Part shown: positions 18,960-28,177 of the stretch, piece after piece
Numbering within the stretch: position 1 is the first letter of the stretch
How the letters are laid out: each line of letters starts with the position of its first letter
Assembly (NCBI GenBank): GCA_964291415.2
Contig: OZ219917.1
Location: 640,001-704,000 of the forward strand
Origin: Alphaproteobacteria bacterium
GTDB lineage: Bacteria > Pseudomonadota > Alphaproteobacteria > SP197
Length of the DNA stretch: 64,000 nt
Direction of reading: 5' to 3'
Notes under the pieces: generated by a model
Told to the model about the DNA's origin: nothing
Database searches by the model: none
What the model saw: only the letters and a program-made list of their open reading frames with translations
Made by a program: the position numbers and the translations under genes

Positions 18960-19142
18960 CCACATCGCGATTGCCGTTCCGTTGGCGACCTCGGCGTCAT
19001 CAGCCTCGACGGGCCGCTGCTCCGCATCGACAAACAGACAGCCAGGATGGTCCAAGGCGGCGCCACCGGCTACATAGTTGTGTTCTGATCGATGCAGGCG
19101 AAGAACCTCGACAACGGCCCGCTGGATCGCGGTGAGGGGCAT
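18960..19142 (-). pseudogene. Internally deleted nucleotidyltransferase-like (AbiEii-like) toxin
   Basis: MPLTAIQRAVVEVLRLHRSEHNYVAGGAAL joined directly to a C-terminal-like GCLFVD..RPVE; start overlaps upstream stop (TAATG). Confidence 0.55.
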
Positions 19143-19492
19143 TACCGTGCCAACCTGACGAGCCTGCGCCCCAGGCCATAGGCTTCCGAGTTTCCCCGGT
19201 GCATGAGCGCGGTGCCGATCACGGCGGCATCGGCGAGCCCGGCCCTCTCCGGATCGACGTCAATGTTGTCGAGGCATTGTGCTCGGTACTTCTTGTACGC
19301 CTTTGCGATCAGCATACGCGCTTCCCTGACTGCCTCTGATTCCGAACCTTCGCGCAACTGGGCGGCATAGGCCTTCAGTTTGTCGACCTGACTGGCGGGA
19401 ACATGAACCTCCACGCGCTTCAAGCCAGCCCGACGACGACGGTCGCGGGACCGATAGACCCGTTCATTCACGGATGCATTCGCAGATGCCAT
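19142..19492 (-). CDS. Small antitoxin-like protein with N-terminal MazE-like/ribbon-helix-helix segment
   Basis: RVYRSRDRRRRAGLKRVEVHVP..VDKLKAYAAQLR; coupled to the toxin remnant; operator array upstream. Confidence 0.6.
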   Translation of the reverse strand: MASANASVNERVYRSRDRRRRAGLKRVEVHVPASQVDKLKAYAAQLREGSESEAVREARMLIAKAYKKYRAQCLDNIDVDPERAGLADAAVIGTALMHRGNSEAYGLGRRLVRLAR

Positions 19493-19510
19493 TGCAGTGT
19501 CCCTGCCGCT

Positions 19511-19572
19511 TGTTGCCGGACACATTATCACAGCCATGACCGGTAACATAATTCAATTTGTTGCCGGTTACA
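19511..19572. promoter_or_regulatory. Three 14-bp palindromic operators at 24-bp period
   Basis: tgttgccggacaca (19511), catgaccggtaaca (19535), tgttgccggttaca (19559) in an AT-richer patch upstream of the antitoxin-like gene. Confidence 0.7.
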
Positions 19573-19703
19573 GGATTGTCTCTCCCGTTCACTCCGTGTC
19601 AATTCAAACAGCGGTTCTTGACCGATGGAAGCCTGGCCACACGGTAAACCGCGTATCCAGCGAGGCTCATTCCATGCCCGCCTGGCTCACGGGGCGCACG
19701 TCA

Positions 19704-19818
19704 GGAGAAACAGGCCCTGCTCGAAGCCGGGGACTTTCTCGAGCGCGCCGGCATCCTCACCACCCTGCTCGAGATCGGCAGCCGCGAAGACGACGACAAC
19801 CCTGTGCGGCAGTGACGC
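19704..19818 (+). repeat. LonN 3' end direct repeat, copy 2
   Basis: 5 mismatches in 115 bp versus 17251-17365, includes the stop codon. Confidence 0.95.
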
Positions 19819-19999
19819 GTCAAGCGGGATTGCAGTCGATCCGGAGTCCTGCATGGCCGGAGGCAAAGCGGCAAGCGGCCGCACGCGCACCATCGCCCGG
19901 TTCGGCTCCCGGCATCGGACTCCATGCTCGCCACGGCGCGGTGCGCGTGACCAGCGGGCTCGCTACCCGTTCCTTCGACGTTTCACGTCACCCTCGTGG

Positions 20000-20285
20000 C
20001 AAGCGGGCGCTTCCAGGAGACGCGCACAGAGTCTCGAGCGATCGTTCACCATGTGCAGAATCGGCTGATCCAGCCCGTTGGCGCCGGCGTCGGCCACCGC
20101 CTTGTCAAACGCAGCCGGGACCGTCTCGGCCATGGTCTTCCCCGCAGCGAGGACGTCAGCGGGGGACAGGCGTACCTGTGTGGCAAGTCTCACCCAATGG
20201 CGTGAACGGACATCTTCGAGCCCTTGGTTTCCGCCGAACGCGGTTGCCGTCTTCAGCCGCACCGGATCGAAGCCGTCATGCAGTT
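20000..20285 (-). pseudogene. hipA: HipA kinase toxin C-terminal remnant
   Basis: DGFDPVRLKTATAFGG..LEDVRSRHWVRLATQVRL..GLDQPIL resembles the HipA C-terminus. Confidence 0.65.
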
Positions 20286-20398
20286 CGCAGGCAAGGAGGA
20301 CCGCGGTCCGGTTCCGTTATGAAGACGCGCTCGATCCCGAGGCGCACCAGTCCTCGCTCGTGAACGCCTCCCTGATCGGCACCATCACGGAATCCCGA

Positions 20399-21700
20399 TC
20401 ACTCCGGGTCATCATGTCGAGATGACGCCACGCCACTTTCGTCGAGAATTCCCTTCGCCACATCCTCGGCCGTGCCGACCGCGCCCTCCATCTGGCCGAT
20501 GAAGCGTTCCGCGTATTCCGCTCCCGCCCAGTGGATCCGGCCAACGGCCGGACGCAGCGCCGGGCCGTAGGCGGTCCAGCAACCGGTGGCAAGGAAGCTG
20601 TTGCACCCCCTGCTCCATGGCTCCGCCGCCCAGTCGACGGCGTGGAAGCAGACGACCTCCCGGGCGGGCGGCCCCAGCAGGACGGCAAGGTCGTCGAGAA
20701 CCGCCGCACGGCGCTCCTCGGCCGGCAGGGTGGCGATCTCACGGGACCGGACGATGGAGGACAGGCCGCCAATGCAGGCAAGATCCCCCTCGTCTCCCTC
20801 GTCCCAGGCGACGACGTTTTCCGACGAGACGGCTCTCATGCCCCGCGCCTCGCGCCAGAAGGGCCTTGCATAGAGCGCCGCGAACGCCACCTTGCCCCGT
20901 ATGGGCATGCGCTGCGTCAGGTAATCGCGCTGCGCCGGCATGGGAGGATCATAAGCGAGCCGCCCGGCGAGCACCGGCGGCAGGGCGGCGACGGCGTGGC
21001 GGGCCCTCACCTCTCCTCTCGCCGAATGGGCCGTCACCCCGCGTGCGTCCTGGCACAGGCGATGGACCGGCGAATTCAGGCGGACGTGGCCTGCGAGGTC
21101 ACGGGCGAGGCGGTCCGTGAGGGCATGGGCTCCGCCCGCGAAGAGTTCGCTGTCGTGGGCCGGACCGTCGAGACCCATGATCGAGGCCAGTCCTCCGTTC
21201 GATTTCAGGTAGGTCAAGGCATGCAACAGGGAGCACTCGGCAGGATCGGGGAGGAAGCCGATCAGGAGTCCGGCAAGGGTCCGGGCCGCACTCCCTCCCA
21301 CCTCTCGGTCGAGCCAGGTCGCCAGGGTCTCGCGGTCCCAGGAGGCGGCCTGCGCGGCCCGCCACGGAGCTTCCAGCGGCACGCAGTCGGCGAGATGATC
21401 GATGTGGCGGACGGCTGCCACCAGGCGATCGTCCACCACATCCTCCTCGCGGAAGGTCGTGGACACCCGCACCCCGATGCCGAGTTCCCGGGCCAGCGCC
21501 TTGATGCGATCCTGACCCGGTCCCGTCCAGCGGCCGCCGAGCTGGATCGCGCGGCCGCCGCGTTCCATGCCGAAGATACGTCCTCCGGTCCGCTCGCGAG
21601 CCTCCAGAACCACCACGGACTGCCCGCCTTCCACCAGCCGTCGGGCGGCCACGAGGCCTGCCAGGCCGGCGCCGACGATCACCGTGTCGCAGATCGTCAT
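20399..21700 (-). CDS. Flavin monoamine oxidase family protein
   Basis: IVGAGLAGL, LEARERTGGR, LGGRWTGPGQ, DWAAEPWSRGC, IHWAGAE, GQMEGAV. Confidence 0.9.
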   Translation of the reverse strand: MTICDTVIVGAGLAGLVAARRLVEGGQSVVVLEARERTGGRIFGMERGGRAIQLGGRWTGPGQDRIKALARELGIGVRVSTTFREEDVVDDRLVAAVRHIDHLADCVPLEAPWRAAQAASWDRETLATWLDREVGGSAARTLAGLLIGFLPDPAECSLLHALTYLKSNGGLASIMGLDGPAHDSELFAGGAHALTDRLARDLAGHVRLNSPVHRLCQDARGVTAHSARGEVRARHAVAALPPVLAGRLAYDPPMPAQRDYLTQRMPIRGKVAFAALYARPFWREARGMRAVSSENVVAWDEGDEGDLACIGGLSSIVRSREIATLPAEERRAAVLDDLAVLLGPPAREVVCFHAVDWAAEPWSRGCNSFLATGCWTAYGPALRPAVGRIHWAGAEYAERFIGQMEGAVGTAEDVAKGILDESGVASSRHDDPE

Positions 21701-22644
21701 GCCGGTGCGATCCGCGGACCGACACCGGTGCGCTCGACGATCAGGCCGTAGTGCTCCGTTCGCCGGTGAGCCGCGAAATTGAAGACCGTGTCCCGGCTGT
21801 GCTTCCCCGCATCGAGATCGCAGTCATGGGCAACGAGTTCGTCCGCGAAGGTGCGGCACATGGCGACGATCTCTCCCGAGGGCGCGATGATCGCCGACTG
21901 TCCGATCATGTCGTAACCCTCCTCATGTCCTGCCTTGGCCACACCGACGACCCAGCAGGCGTTCTGGTAGGCACCCGCCTGCATCACCAGGTGATTGTGG
22001 AACGGCGCCAATGCCGTGGCCTCGGGCGGTTCTGCGTCCAGTCCCACCGGCGTGTTGTAGCCGAGCACGATCATGTCGGCGCCCTGGAGAGCCATGACCC
22101 TGTAGGTCTCGGGCCAGCGCCGGTCGTTGCAGATGCACATGCCGATCAGACCACCGAAGGCTGGAAAGACCGGAAACCCGAGATTGCCGACCTCGAAGTA
22201 GCGCTTCTCGAGATGCTGGCCGGGATTGTCCGAAATCGGCTCCGCCGTCCCCGGCAGGTGGACCTTGCGGTACTTGCCGATGATCCCGCCCGAATTGTCG
22301 ACGAGAATGGACGTGTTGTAGCGGTGGACACCACCGTTCTCCCGGGCACGTTCCGCGTAGCCGAGGTGGAAGGCGATGCCCAGCTTTCCCGCCTCGTCGA
22401 AGAGGCGCTTGGTTTCGGCGCCCGGCATCTCGTCCTCGAACCAGGCGTTGATCTCCTCTTCGTCCTCGATCAGCCAGCGCGGAAAGAAGGTCGTCAGCGC
22501 GAGCTCTGGAAAGACCACAAGGTCGCAGGCAGCATCCGCGGCCTGCCGCATCAGCGCGATCAGGCGATCGACGACCGCGCGGCGGCTGTCGAGGCGCGCC
22601 ACGGGACCCATCTGCGCAGCTCCAACCCTGACGATGCGACTCAT
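21697..22644 (-). CDS. N-carbamoyl-D-amino-acid amidohydrolase (nitrilase superfamily)
   Basis: VFPELALTTFFPRW, KYRKVHLPG, QHLEKRYF, MCICNDRRWPE, GYNTP. Confidence 0.92.
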   Translation of the reverse strand: MSRIVRVGAAQMGPVARLDSRRAVVDRLIALMRQAADAACDLVVFPELALTTFFPRWLIEDEEEINAWFEDEMPGAETKRLFDEAGKLGIAFHLGYAERARENGGVHRYNTSILVDNSGGIIGKYRKVHLPGTAEPISDNPGQHLEKRYFEVGNLGFPVFPAFGGLIGMCICNDRRWPETYRVMALQGADMIVLGYNTPVGLDAEPPEATALAPFHNHLVMQAGAYQNACWVVGVAKAGHEEGYDMIGQSAIIAPSGEIVAMCRTFADELVAHDCDLDAGKHSRDTVFNFAAHRRTEHYGLIVERTGVGPRIAPA

Positions 22645-22744
22645 GACGGACCTCTCGTTGCCGACGGTGGATCGGGCGTCCGCAGTCTGCCAGCACCCTT
22701 GCCTTCTCGACAATGTCCTCGCCTCGAGAGATCACCGTGATCGG

Positions 22745-23005
22745 CCATTCCCGGTTCTAGCCGGCGCCACCGGCAGCGCAGTTGTGCTCCGATCGATGAG
22801 GGCGAAGAATCTCGGCAACGGGCTGCTGATCGAGGTGCGGGGTGTTACCGCGTCAAGCCGGCACCCGGGCCATGGGCTTTCGAGTTCCCCCGCGGTGCCG
22901 ATCACGGCGGCATCGGCGAGCCCGGCCCTCTCGGGATCGACGTCAACGGTGTCGAGGCTGTACGCCTTCGCGATCAGCATCCGCGCTTCCTTGACTGCCT
23001 CCGAC
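22745..23005 (-). pseudogene. Second decayed copy of the antitoxin/nucleotidyltransferase-like pair
   Basis: Aligns by eye to about 19057-19340 (shared cgcggtgccgatcacggcggcatcggcgagcccggccctctc) with small deletions. Confidence 0.85.
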
Positions 23006-23312
23006 CCATGATCCGGCGATCGGCAACCACCACAAGAAGCGCCGTCACGTCAGTTCGTCCCTGGTGGCATCGATATCGACGGGACCGTGATCCTCACTCA
23101 ACTGAAGTCGGTGATGATCGTCAACGGGAGGTCCAGGGCAAAAGGGTGCGCAGCACCAGACCAAGCTCGGAACGGGACTTGCCATGTTCAGTGGCGACGA
23201 CCCACTGTCGTCAGACTCCCGCTTTGCGGGCGAGCTCGGCCTGGCTCAGCTTTGGCTTGCGGCGTCTGTTGCGGATGATGAGACCGATGTCCAAGGGGGC
23301 TCGGACTTTCAT
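23001..23312 (-). pseudogene. hipB: hipB pseudogene plus the first codons of hipA
   Basis: From ATG 23312: MKVRAPLDIGLIIRNRRRKPKLSQAELARKAGV*RQWVVATEHGKSRSELGLVLRTL, then a frameshifted PVDIDA tail and a GTGA overlap into VTALLVVVADRRIMG at 23048. Confidence 0.8.
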
Positions 23313-23345
23313 GAGGTCTCAGGTGTCGTCGAACGCATTCAAACC

Positions 23346-23402
23346 GCATCCTCACCACCCTGTTCGCAATCGGCGGCCGGGAAGACGACGACAGTCCCGT
23401 GC
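23346..23402 (+). repeat. LonN 3' end direct repeat, copy 3 (shorter, more diverged)
   Basis: 6 mismatches in 57 bp versus the intact gene. Confidence 0.85.
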
Positions 23403-23581
23403 GTCACCCACCCGTGAGGGGGTTCCTGTTATCACAAGGCACATAGACTGTGTTCACGATGTCCACGACTCCATGGACCTGGACGCGTCCGTACCGATTG
23501 GCGCGCCAAGGTCTCGGTTTCACTCGGGCGATCGATTGGCATGCACTGCAAACGCCGTGCGTCAGACCGCGGTCACCCTGA

Positions 23582-23950
23582 TCAGGTACCGTCGCGGAAG
23601 TTGAGTTCGACCGAAACGCCGTCGGGATCCTCGATGAAGATCTGCTTCGTCGGCGTATTGGGCACGTCATAGGTCTCGAAGGCGATCCCCTGCTCGCCGA
23701 GCCGGACCTTCATCGCCTCGAATCCTTTCACAGCAAAGGCGACGTGATCGACCGCGCTCATGCCGTCTCGAGGCGTGTCGGTCACGCTGACATGAACAAT
23801 CGGCTCGCCGCTTGCGTAAAGCCATGCGCCGGGGCTGTCGAACGACGGCCGCCAGCCCTCCTCGAGACCCAGCACGCCACAGTAGAAGTCGCGGCAACGC
23901 TCGAGATTGCTGGTGCTGATGTTGATGTGGTCGACGCCGTGGACGGTCAT
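23582..23950 (-). CDS. VOC/glyoxalase family protein
   Basis: VDHINI, FYCGVLGL, PGAWLY, VDHVAF, QIFIEDPDGVSVELN. Confidence 0.9.
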   Translation of the reverse strand: MTVHGVDHINISTSNLERCRDFYCGVLGLEEGWRPSFDSPGAWLYASGEPIVHVSVTDTPRDGMSAVDHVAFAVKGFEAMKVRLGEQGIAFETYDVPNTPTKQIFIEDPDGVSVELNFRDGT

Positions 23951-24285
23951 GGACGCGAGCCTCCCGCTCTGCAGCCTTGAACCAGACAAGTCGACTCTGC
24001 AACAGTCTCCTGAGCCGGGCAAGGAGCGCCCAATCGAGCCCGTGTTCGGCGCCGCGATCGAGCCGCATCCACACCATGCTGCTCGAGAACGGCAGCCTGG
24101 AAGACAACCACATCCCAAACCGGCAGTGACACGGGGAACGAAGACGGATACGCCCCAGGAAACCAGCATGACATGAAGGCCCTCAATCGGAAGGCAGACC
24201 CTTGCCAACCTCCCGTCGTGGTCAATCTGGACCTTGCAGGGCTTTGCTGATATATCCCAATGTCATATCTTTCTCGGAGGCTTCC

Positions 24286-24534
24286 ATGCCCAGAACAGCC
24301 AAACTCTTCTGGTCGGGCCGATCTCAGGCGGTGCGGCTTCCCAAGGAGTTCCGGATGAAGGGCGCCGAAGTCCGCATCCGCAGGCAGGGCGCGGCGGTGG
24401 TTCTCGAACCCGTCGCGTCGGACTGGGAATGGCTTGACGCCATTGCTGGCGAGTTTTCCAGTGACTTCTTCGCGGCGGGGCGCAACCAGCCGGAACTTCC
24501 ATCTCGAACGCAGCTTGACAGCGTTTTCGACTGA
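24286..24534 (+). CDS. vapB: VapB antitoxin (AbrB-type)
   Basis: AKLFWSGRSQAVRLPKEFR; GGAGG RBS. Confidence 0.93.
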   Translation: MPRTAKLFWSGRSQAVRLPKEFRMKGAEVRIRRQGAAVVLEPVASDWEWLDAIAGEFSSDFFAAGRNQPELPSRTQLDSVFD

Positions 24535-24944
24535 TGCGCTACCTATTCGATACCAACACCTGCATTGCTCTGCTCAACGACACATCGCCGCTGCTTCGCA
24601 AGCGCCTGCGTCACCTTGCGCCCGCGGATATCGGACTGCCTGCCCCGGTCGCCTATGAACTCTACTACGGTGCCCACAAGAGCCGACATGCGGAGCGCAA
24701 TCTCGCCTTGCTTGACCGGCTGGAGTTCGAGATCGTTCCATTCGACGCTGGCGATGCGCGCACAGCAGGTGCAGTGCGCAGCGAGCTTGAAGCGAAGGGG
24801 CTTCCGATTGGCCCGTACGATCTGCTGATCGCCGGGCAGGCCCGTGCCCGGAAACTGGTGCTGGTTACCGCCAACAGCCGGGAATTCGAACGGGTCGAAG
24901 GACTGGCTTGCGAAGACTGGACGGTTTCCGGCGCAGGCGCGTAA
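24534..24944 (+). CDS. vapC: VapC PIN-domain toxin
   Basis: YLFDTNTCI, ELYYG, IGPYDLLIAGQA, LVTANSREF; TGATG overlap with vapB. Confidence 0.95.
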   Translation: MRYLFDTNTCIALLNDTSPLLRKRLRHLAPADIGLPAPVAYELYYGAHKSRHAERNLALLDRLEFEIVPFDAGDARTAGAVRSELEAKGLPIGPYDLLIAGQARARKLVLVTANSREFERVEGLACEDWTVSGAGA

Positions 24945-25227
24945 CCTCGCAGCCGGCCTGACCGGACGGTGGCCGCCAATACCCACTTTCAGGTTCGGTC
25001 TCCATCCTGCTGCACCGCCGGCCATCAGCGACATGCTCACGTTCGGCCCGATGTGGCAGGGCGTTGCCAGGGCCTCCTTTCGCCATTGCGGCCAAGTAGA
25101 CGCGTCGAGTAGATATCTCTGGATCACGGCTGACTGACGGATACAGGCAAACAGCGCATCCGGCGGGGTCGGTTCAAGGAGGAGACCACATGGACATCAC
25201 GGGACATGTCTGCGGGAGGCAATTGCC

Positions 25228-25419
25228 ATGAGTGGAACCGACGTCGATCCCCGGCTTCTCGAGATCCTGGTCTGCCCGCTGACCAAGGGACCGCTCACAC
25301 TGGATCGCGAACGCCAGGAACTGGTGAGTGCCGAAGCGGGTCTCGCCTACCCCATCCGGGATGGCATCCCGATCATGCTGGTCGACGAGGCGCGCCGTCT
25401 CGATGAGGAGGAATCGTGA
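25228..25419 (+). CDS. Trm112 family protein (UPF0434)
   Basis: [30 protein letters not shown]. Confidence 0.93.
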   Translation: MSGTDVDPRLLEILVCPLTKGPLTLDRERQELVSAEAGLAYPIRDGIPIMLVDEARRLDEEES

Positions 25420-25793
25420 AGGGCGAAGCCCATCCCAGCCGCCATCGGCCCCTGGAGATTCGCCTGAAGTCGCGGCAGAAGGCTCTCGAGATCGACTTCG
25501 ACGACGGGACCTCCGTCTCGTTGCCGGCCGAACTGCTGCGTGTCGAAAGCCCCTCGGCCGAGGTCCAGGGACACGGCGCGGGCCAGAAGAAGGCCGTTCC
25601 CGGGCGCCGCCATGTCGGCATCATGTCGGTGGAGCCCGTCGGCAACTACGCCATACGCATCACCTTCGACGATCTGCACGATACCGGCATCTACTCGTGG
25701 AACTATCTCCACGAACTCGGCTGCAACCAGGAGAGCGTCTGGCAGGCCTACCTCGACCGCCTCGACGCCGAGGGTTTGTCACGGGACCCTTGA
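25416..25793 (+). CDS. DUF971 (gamma-butyrobetaine hydroxylase N-terminal-like) protein
   Basis: [33 protein letters not shown]. Confidence 0.92.
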   Translation: MKGEAHPSRHRPLEIRLKSRQKALEIDFDDGTSVSLPAELLRVESPSAEVQGHGAGQKKAVPGRRHVGIMSVEPVGNYAIRITFDDLHDTGIYSWNYLHELGCNQESVWQAYLDRLDAEGLSRDP

Positions 25794-25837
25794 TTTGGAG
25801 GTCGGGGGCATTACTGCCCCCTTGTGCCGCTGTTCTG

Positions 25838-26530
25838 TCAGAGCGCCAACGAAGCGGCCATGGCGACCAGGAAACTCTCCACTTCGGCTCTGGCCCGTTG
25901 GGGGTCCCCGGACGTGATGGCATCCGCAATCTTCGACAGACGGTCGTGGAAATGCTTGCGGACAATGTTGGCCACCGGCGCCTGGTCACTCCCGCCGTCA
26001 AACTTGTTCGCACGACGCGCGGCCACGATCTGATCAAAGGTCCAGCACAGGAAGTCGTTGCCCGCCTCAACGTAGTAGAGGCGTGAGAACCCGTAGATGT
26101 CCTCCTTGAACTGGAGCCAGGTAGGCGCCGCCAGGATGCGTTCCAGCGCCGCCTCCAGGTCCTTGCAGAACTGTGGCGTCGGCGCTTCGGCGGCACGTGC
26201 CGCAACGGACGGCTCGACGAGCAGCCGCGCCTCCAGGGTCTCGTGGAAGCCGTGCGAGCGCTCGGGCGACATGTGGACCGCAGCATCTGCCAGCTCGATG
26301 ATCTGGGGCGCACGCTCGGACAGATAGGTGCCGCTGCCGATCTTGCGTTCAACCAGCCCTTCCTTCTGGAGCATGAGAAGCGCATCGCGCACCTGGGTGC
26401 GGGAGGCTCCCCTCATTTCCGCCAGCTTGCGCTCGTTGGGCAGTCGCTGGCCGGGCAGGATGTCGCCCGAGCGCAGGAGATCGCGGATCTCCCGATAAAC
26501 CCGGTCGGTCACATCAAAGGCAATCGACAA
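25838..26530 (-). CDS. GntR/FadR family regulator
   Basis: PGQRLPNERKLA, SRTQVRDAL, GSGTY, EARLLVEP; probable TTG start after GAAAGGA. Confidence 0.85.
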   Translation of the reverse strand: MSIAFDVTDRVYREIRDLLRSGDILPGQRLPNERKLAEMRGASRTQVRDALLMLQKEGLVERKIGSGTYLSERAPQIIELADAAVHMSPERSHGFHETLEARLLVEPSVAARAAEAPTPQFCKDLEAALERILAAPTWLQFKEDIYGFSRLYYVEAGNDFLCWTFDQIVAARRANKFDGGSDQAPVANIVRKHFHDRLSKIADAITSGDPQRARAEVESFLVAMAASLAL

Positions 26531-26615
26531 GACGTTTCCTTTCGAATGGCCCCCCGGTCGCGCGAAACCGTACGCCTTTCTGGAGGGCAGCGTCACGTGG
26601 CGACGAACACGGGAA

Positions 26616-26686
26616 TTGACAAATGGTTGTGCATCTGCGCCAATTGGTCAACCGATTTCCACTCCTGGAAAATCCGGTTGACCAAT
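26616..26686. promoter_or_regulatory. FadR-type operator pair and -35 box between regulator and ABC operon
   Basis: TTGACA at 26616; perfect 11-bp inverted repeat attggtcaacc (26643) / ggttgaccaat (26676), each close to TGGT-N2-ACCA. Confidence 0.65.
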
Positions 26687-26724
26687 GCCTGGTCAGCAGG
26701 CTGTCAGAACACACGGAGGAAACG

Positions 26725-28092
26725 ATGAAGACATCTCGGCGAGGAGCCCTTGTCAGGGCGGCCAAGCTGGTCACCGCATCGTCGGTGGCCCTTGCCGTCA
26801 GTACCACGATTGCTGCGGCCGACTTTGCGTGGGACCAGCTTTCGGGAGAGTCGATCACGGTCATGATGCCGGAACATCCCGTCACGGACGGCGTGCGTGT
26901 GGTGCTCGACCGGTTCGAGGCCGACACCGGCATCGACGTCACCCTGCAGACCATGGCCGAAGATCTCTACTTCGACCGCATGGAAGTGGCGCTGCGCGGC
27001 TCGGGCGGCAACTCGCAGATGGACGTCTACTTCCTGCCCATGGACTCCACGGCCTACACACAGCACACCAATGGCCTCGTCCATTCCCTGCAGGACTTCA
27101 TCGACAGCCCTGATCTCACGGCTCCGGACTACAATCTGGATGACATCCCGGCAGGCTTCCTTGATGCAACCAGGTACGACATCGACGGCCGTTGGGAGTA
27201 CCACGGTATCCCGGCATCGTTCGAGACCTACATCCTGTTCGCCAACATGGATCACGTGAACCAGTATCTCGACGGCCAGATGCCGACGACGATGGCAGAA
27301 CTGATCGCTGCGGCGCGCGAGGTGAAGGAGGAGAGCGGAGGCGCCGTCGCGGGCGCCGTGCTGCGTGGCATCCGGTCGGACACGCTGATCGACACCGTCA
27401 CCGGTTTCGTGAACAACTCGGTCGGCGCGGCAGACCGCTCCGCTCCCCAAAACGTCTGGTTCGACGGCGACTGGTCGAAGCCGAAGATGAACGATCCCGA
27501 CATCGTGCGGGGCCTCGCGAACTATGCGGAGCTGATGAAAGCCGGTCCCGTCAACATCCAGGCCATGGACTGGCCCGACGCTTCGCAGTTCTTCATGGCG
27601 GGCGGTGCGGCGTTCTTCATTGACGCAAGCCTTTTCGCGCCCGGCTTCGAGAACCCGGACGACAGCCTTGTCGCCGGCAAGATCGCTTACTCCGTCATTC
27701 CCGTCGACAACGCCGCAGGAGAGCCCTACACGGCCCACTGGCAATGGGGTTTCGGAATTCCGCAAAACGCCGCATCACCCGAGGCTGGCTGGCTCTTCAT
27801 CCAGTACATGTCGAACACCGACAACGCGACCGCCATCGGCAAGCTGCACGGCGGCGCCCCGCGCCTGTCGACGTGGCAGGATCCCGAGTACGCGGCGAGC
27901 TTCCCGCAGTCCTACGTGGAAGCCGTGGCAGCGGCCATGCCGAACTCGCAGACTTCCGTCGTTCAGCGTGCCGGCTGGAGCGAGTTTGCGCTGCGCATCG
28001 TTGATGTGATCCAGGACATCTACGGCGGTGCGGACCCTGCTGAGGCCGGCGCCTCGGCTCAGGCCGACTTCGAGACAATGCTCGCGAACTGA
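26725..28092 (+). CDS. Carbohydrate (CUT1) ABC transporter substrate-binding protein
   Basis: GGAGG RBS, signal peptide, SBP family 1 features, followed by two permeases. Confidence 0.88.
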   Translation: MKTSRRGALVRAAKLVTASSVALAVSTTIAAADFAWDQLSGESITVMMPEHPVTDGVRVVLDRFEADTGIDVTLQTMAEDLYFDRMEVALRGSGGNSQMDVYFLPMDSTAYTQHTNGLVHSLQDFIDSPDLTAPDYNLDDIPAGFLDATRYDIDGRWEYHGIPASFETYILFANMDHVNQYLDGQMPTTMAELIAAAREVKEESGGAVAGAVLRGIRSDTLIDTVTGFVNNSVGAADRSAPQNVWFDGDWSKPKMNDPDIVRGLANYAELMKAGPVNIQAMDWPDASQFFMAGGAAFFIDASLFAPGFENPDDSLVAGKIAYSVIPVDNAAGEPYTAHWQWGFGIPQNAASPEAGWLFIQYMSNTDNATAIGKLHGGAPRLSTWQDPEYAASFPQSYVEAVAAAMPNSQTSVVQRAGWSEFALRIVDVIQDIYGGADPAEAGASAQADFETMLAN

Positions 28093-28101
28093 ACGTGCCT
28101 C

Positions 28102-28133
28102 GCCCCGGATGGCAATTTGCTGCCATCCGGGGC
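28102..28133 (+). terminator. Intercistronic hairpin after the SBP gene
   Basis: Perfect 13-bp stem gccccggatggca / tgccatccggggc. Confidence 0.6.
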
Positions 28134-28177
28134 ATCTTTCCGGGGAGCTCATCCTGCTTTCCGGTCCGGAGAGCGCC

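Noticed and set aside
15662-19066. 1134-aa minus-strand ORF
   Set aside because: Antisense shadow of cnoX, LonN and add; no recognisable motifs; expected in high-GC DNA
19511-19572. Mini-CRISPR or iteron reading of the periodic palindromes
   Set aside because: 14-bp units with 10-bp spacers are too short for CRISPR; no cas or rep gene; position fits an operator
24950-25135. Minus-strand MIQRYLLDAS, like a second PIN toxin start
   Set aside because: Only a 5-residue resemblance, with no further PIN motifs
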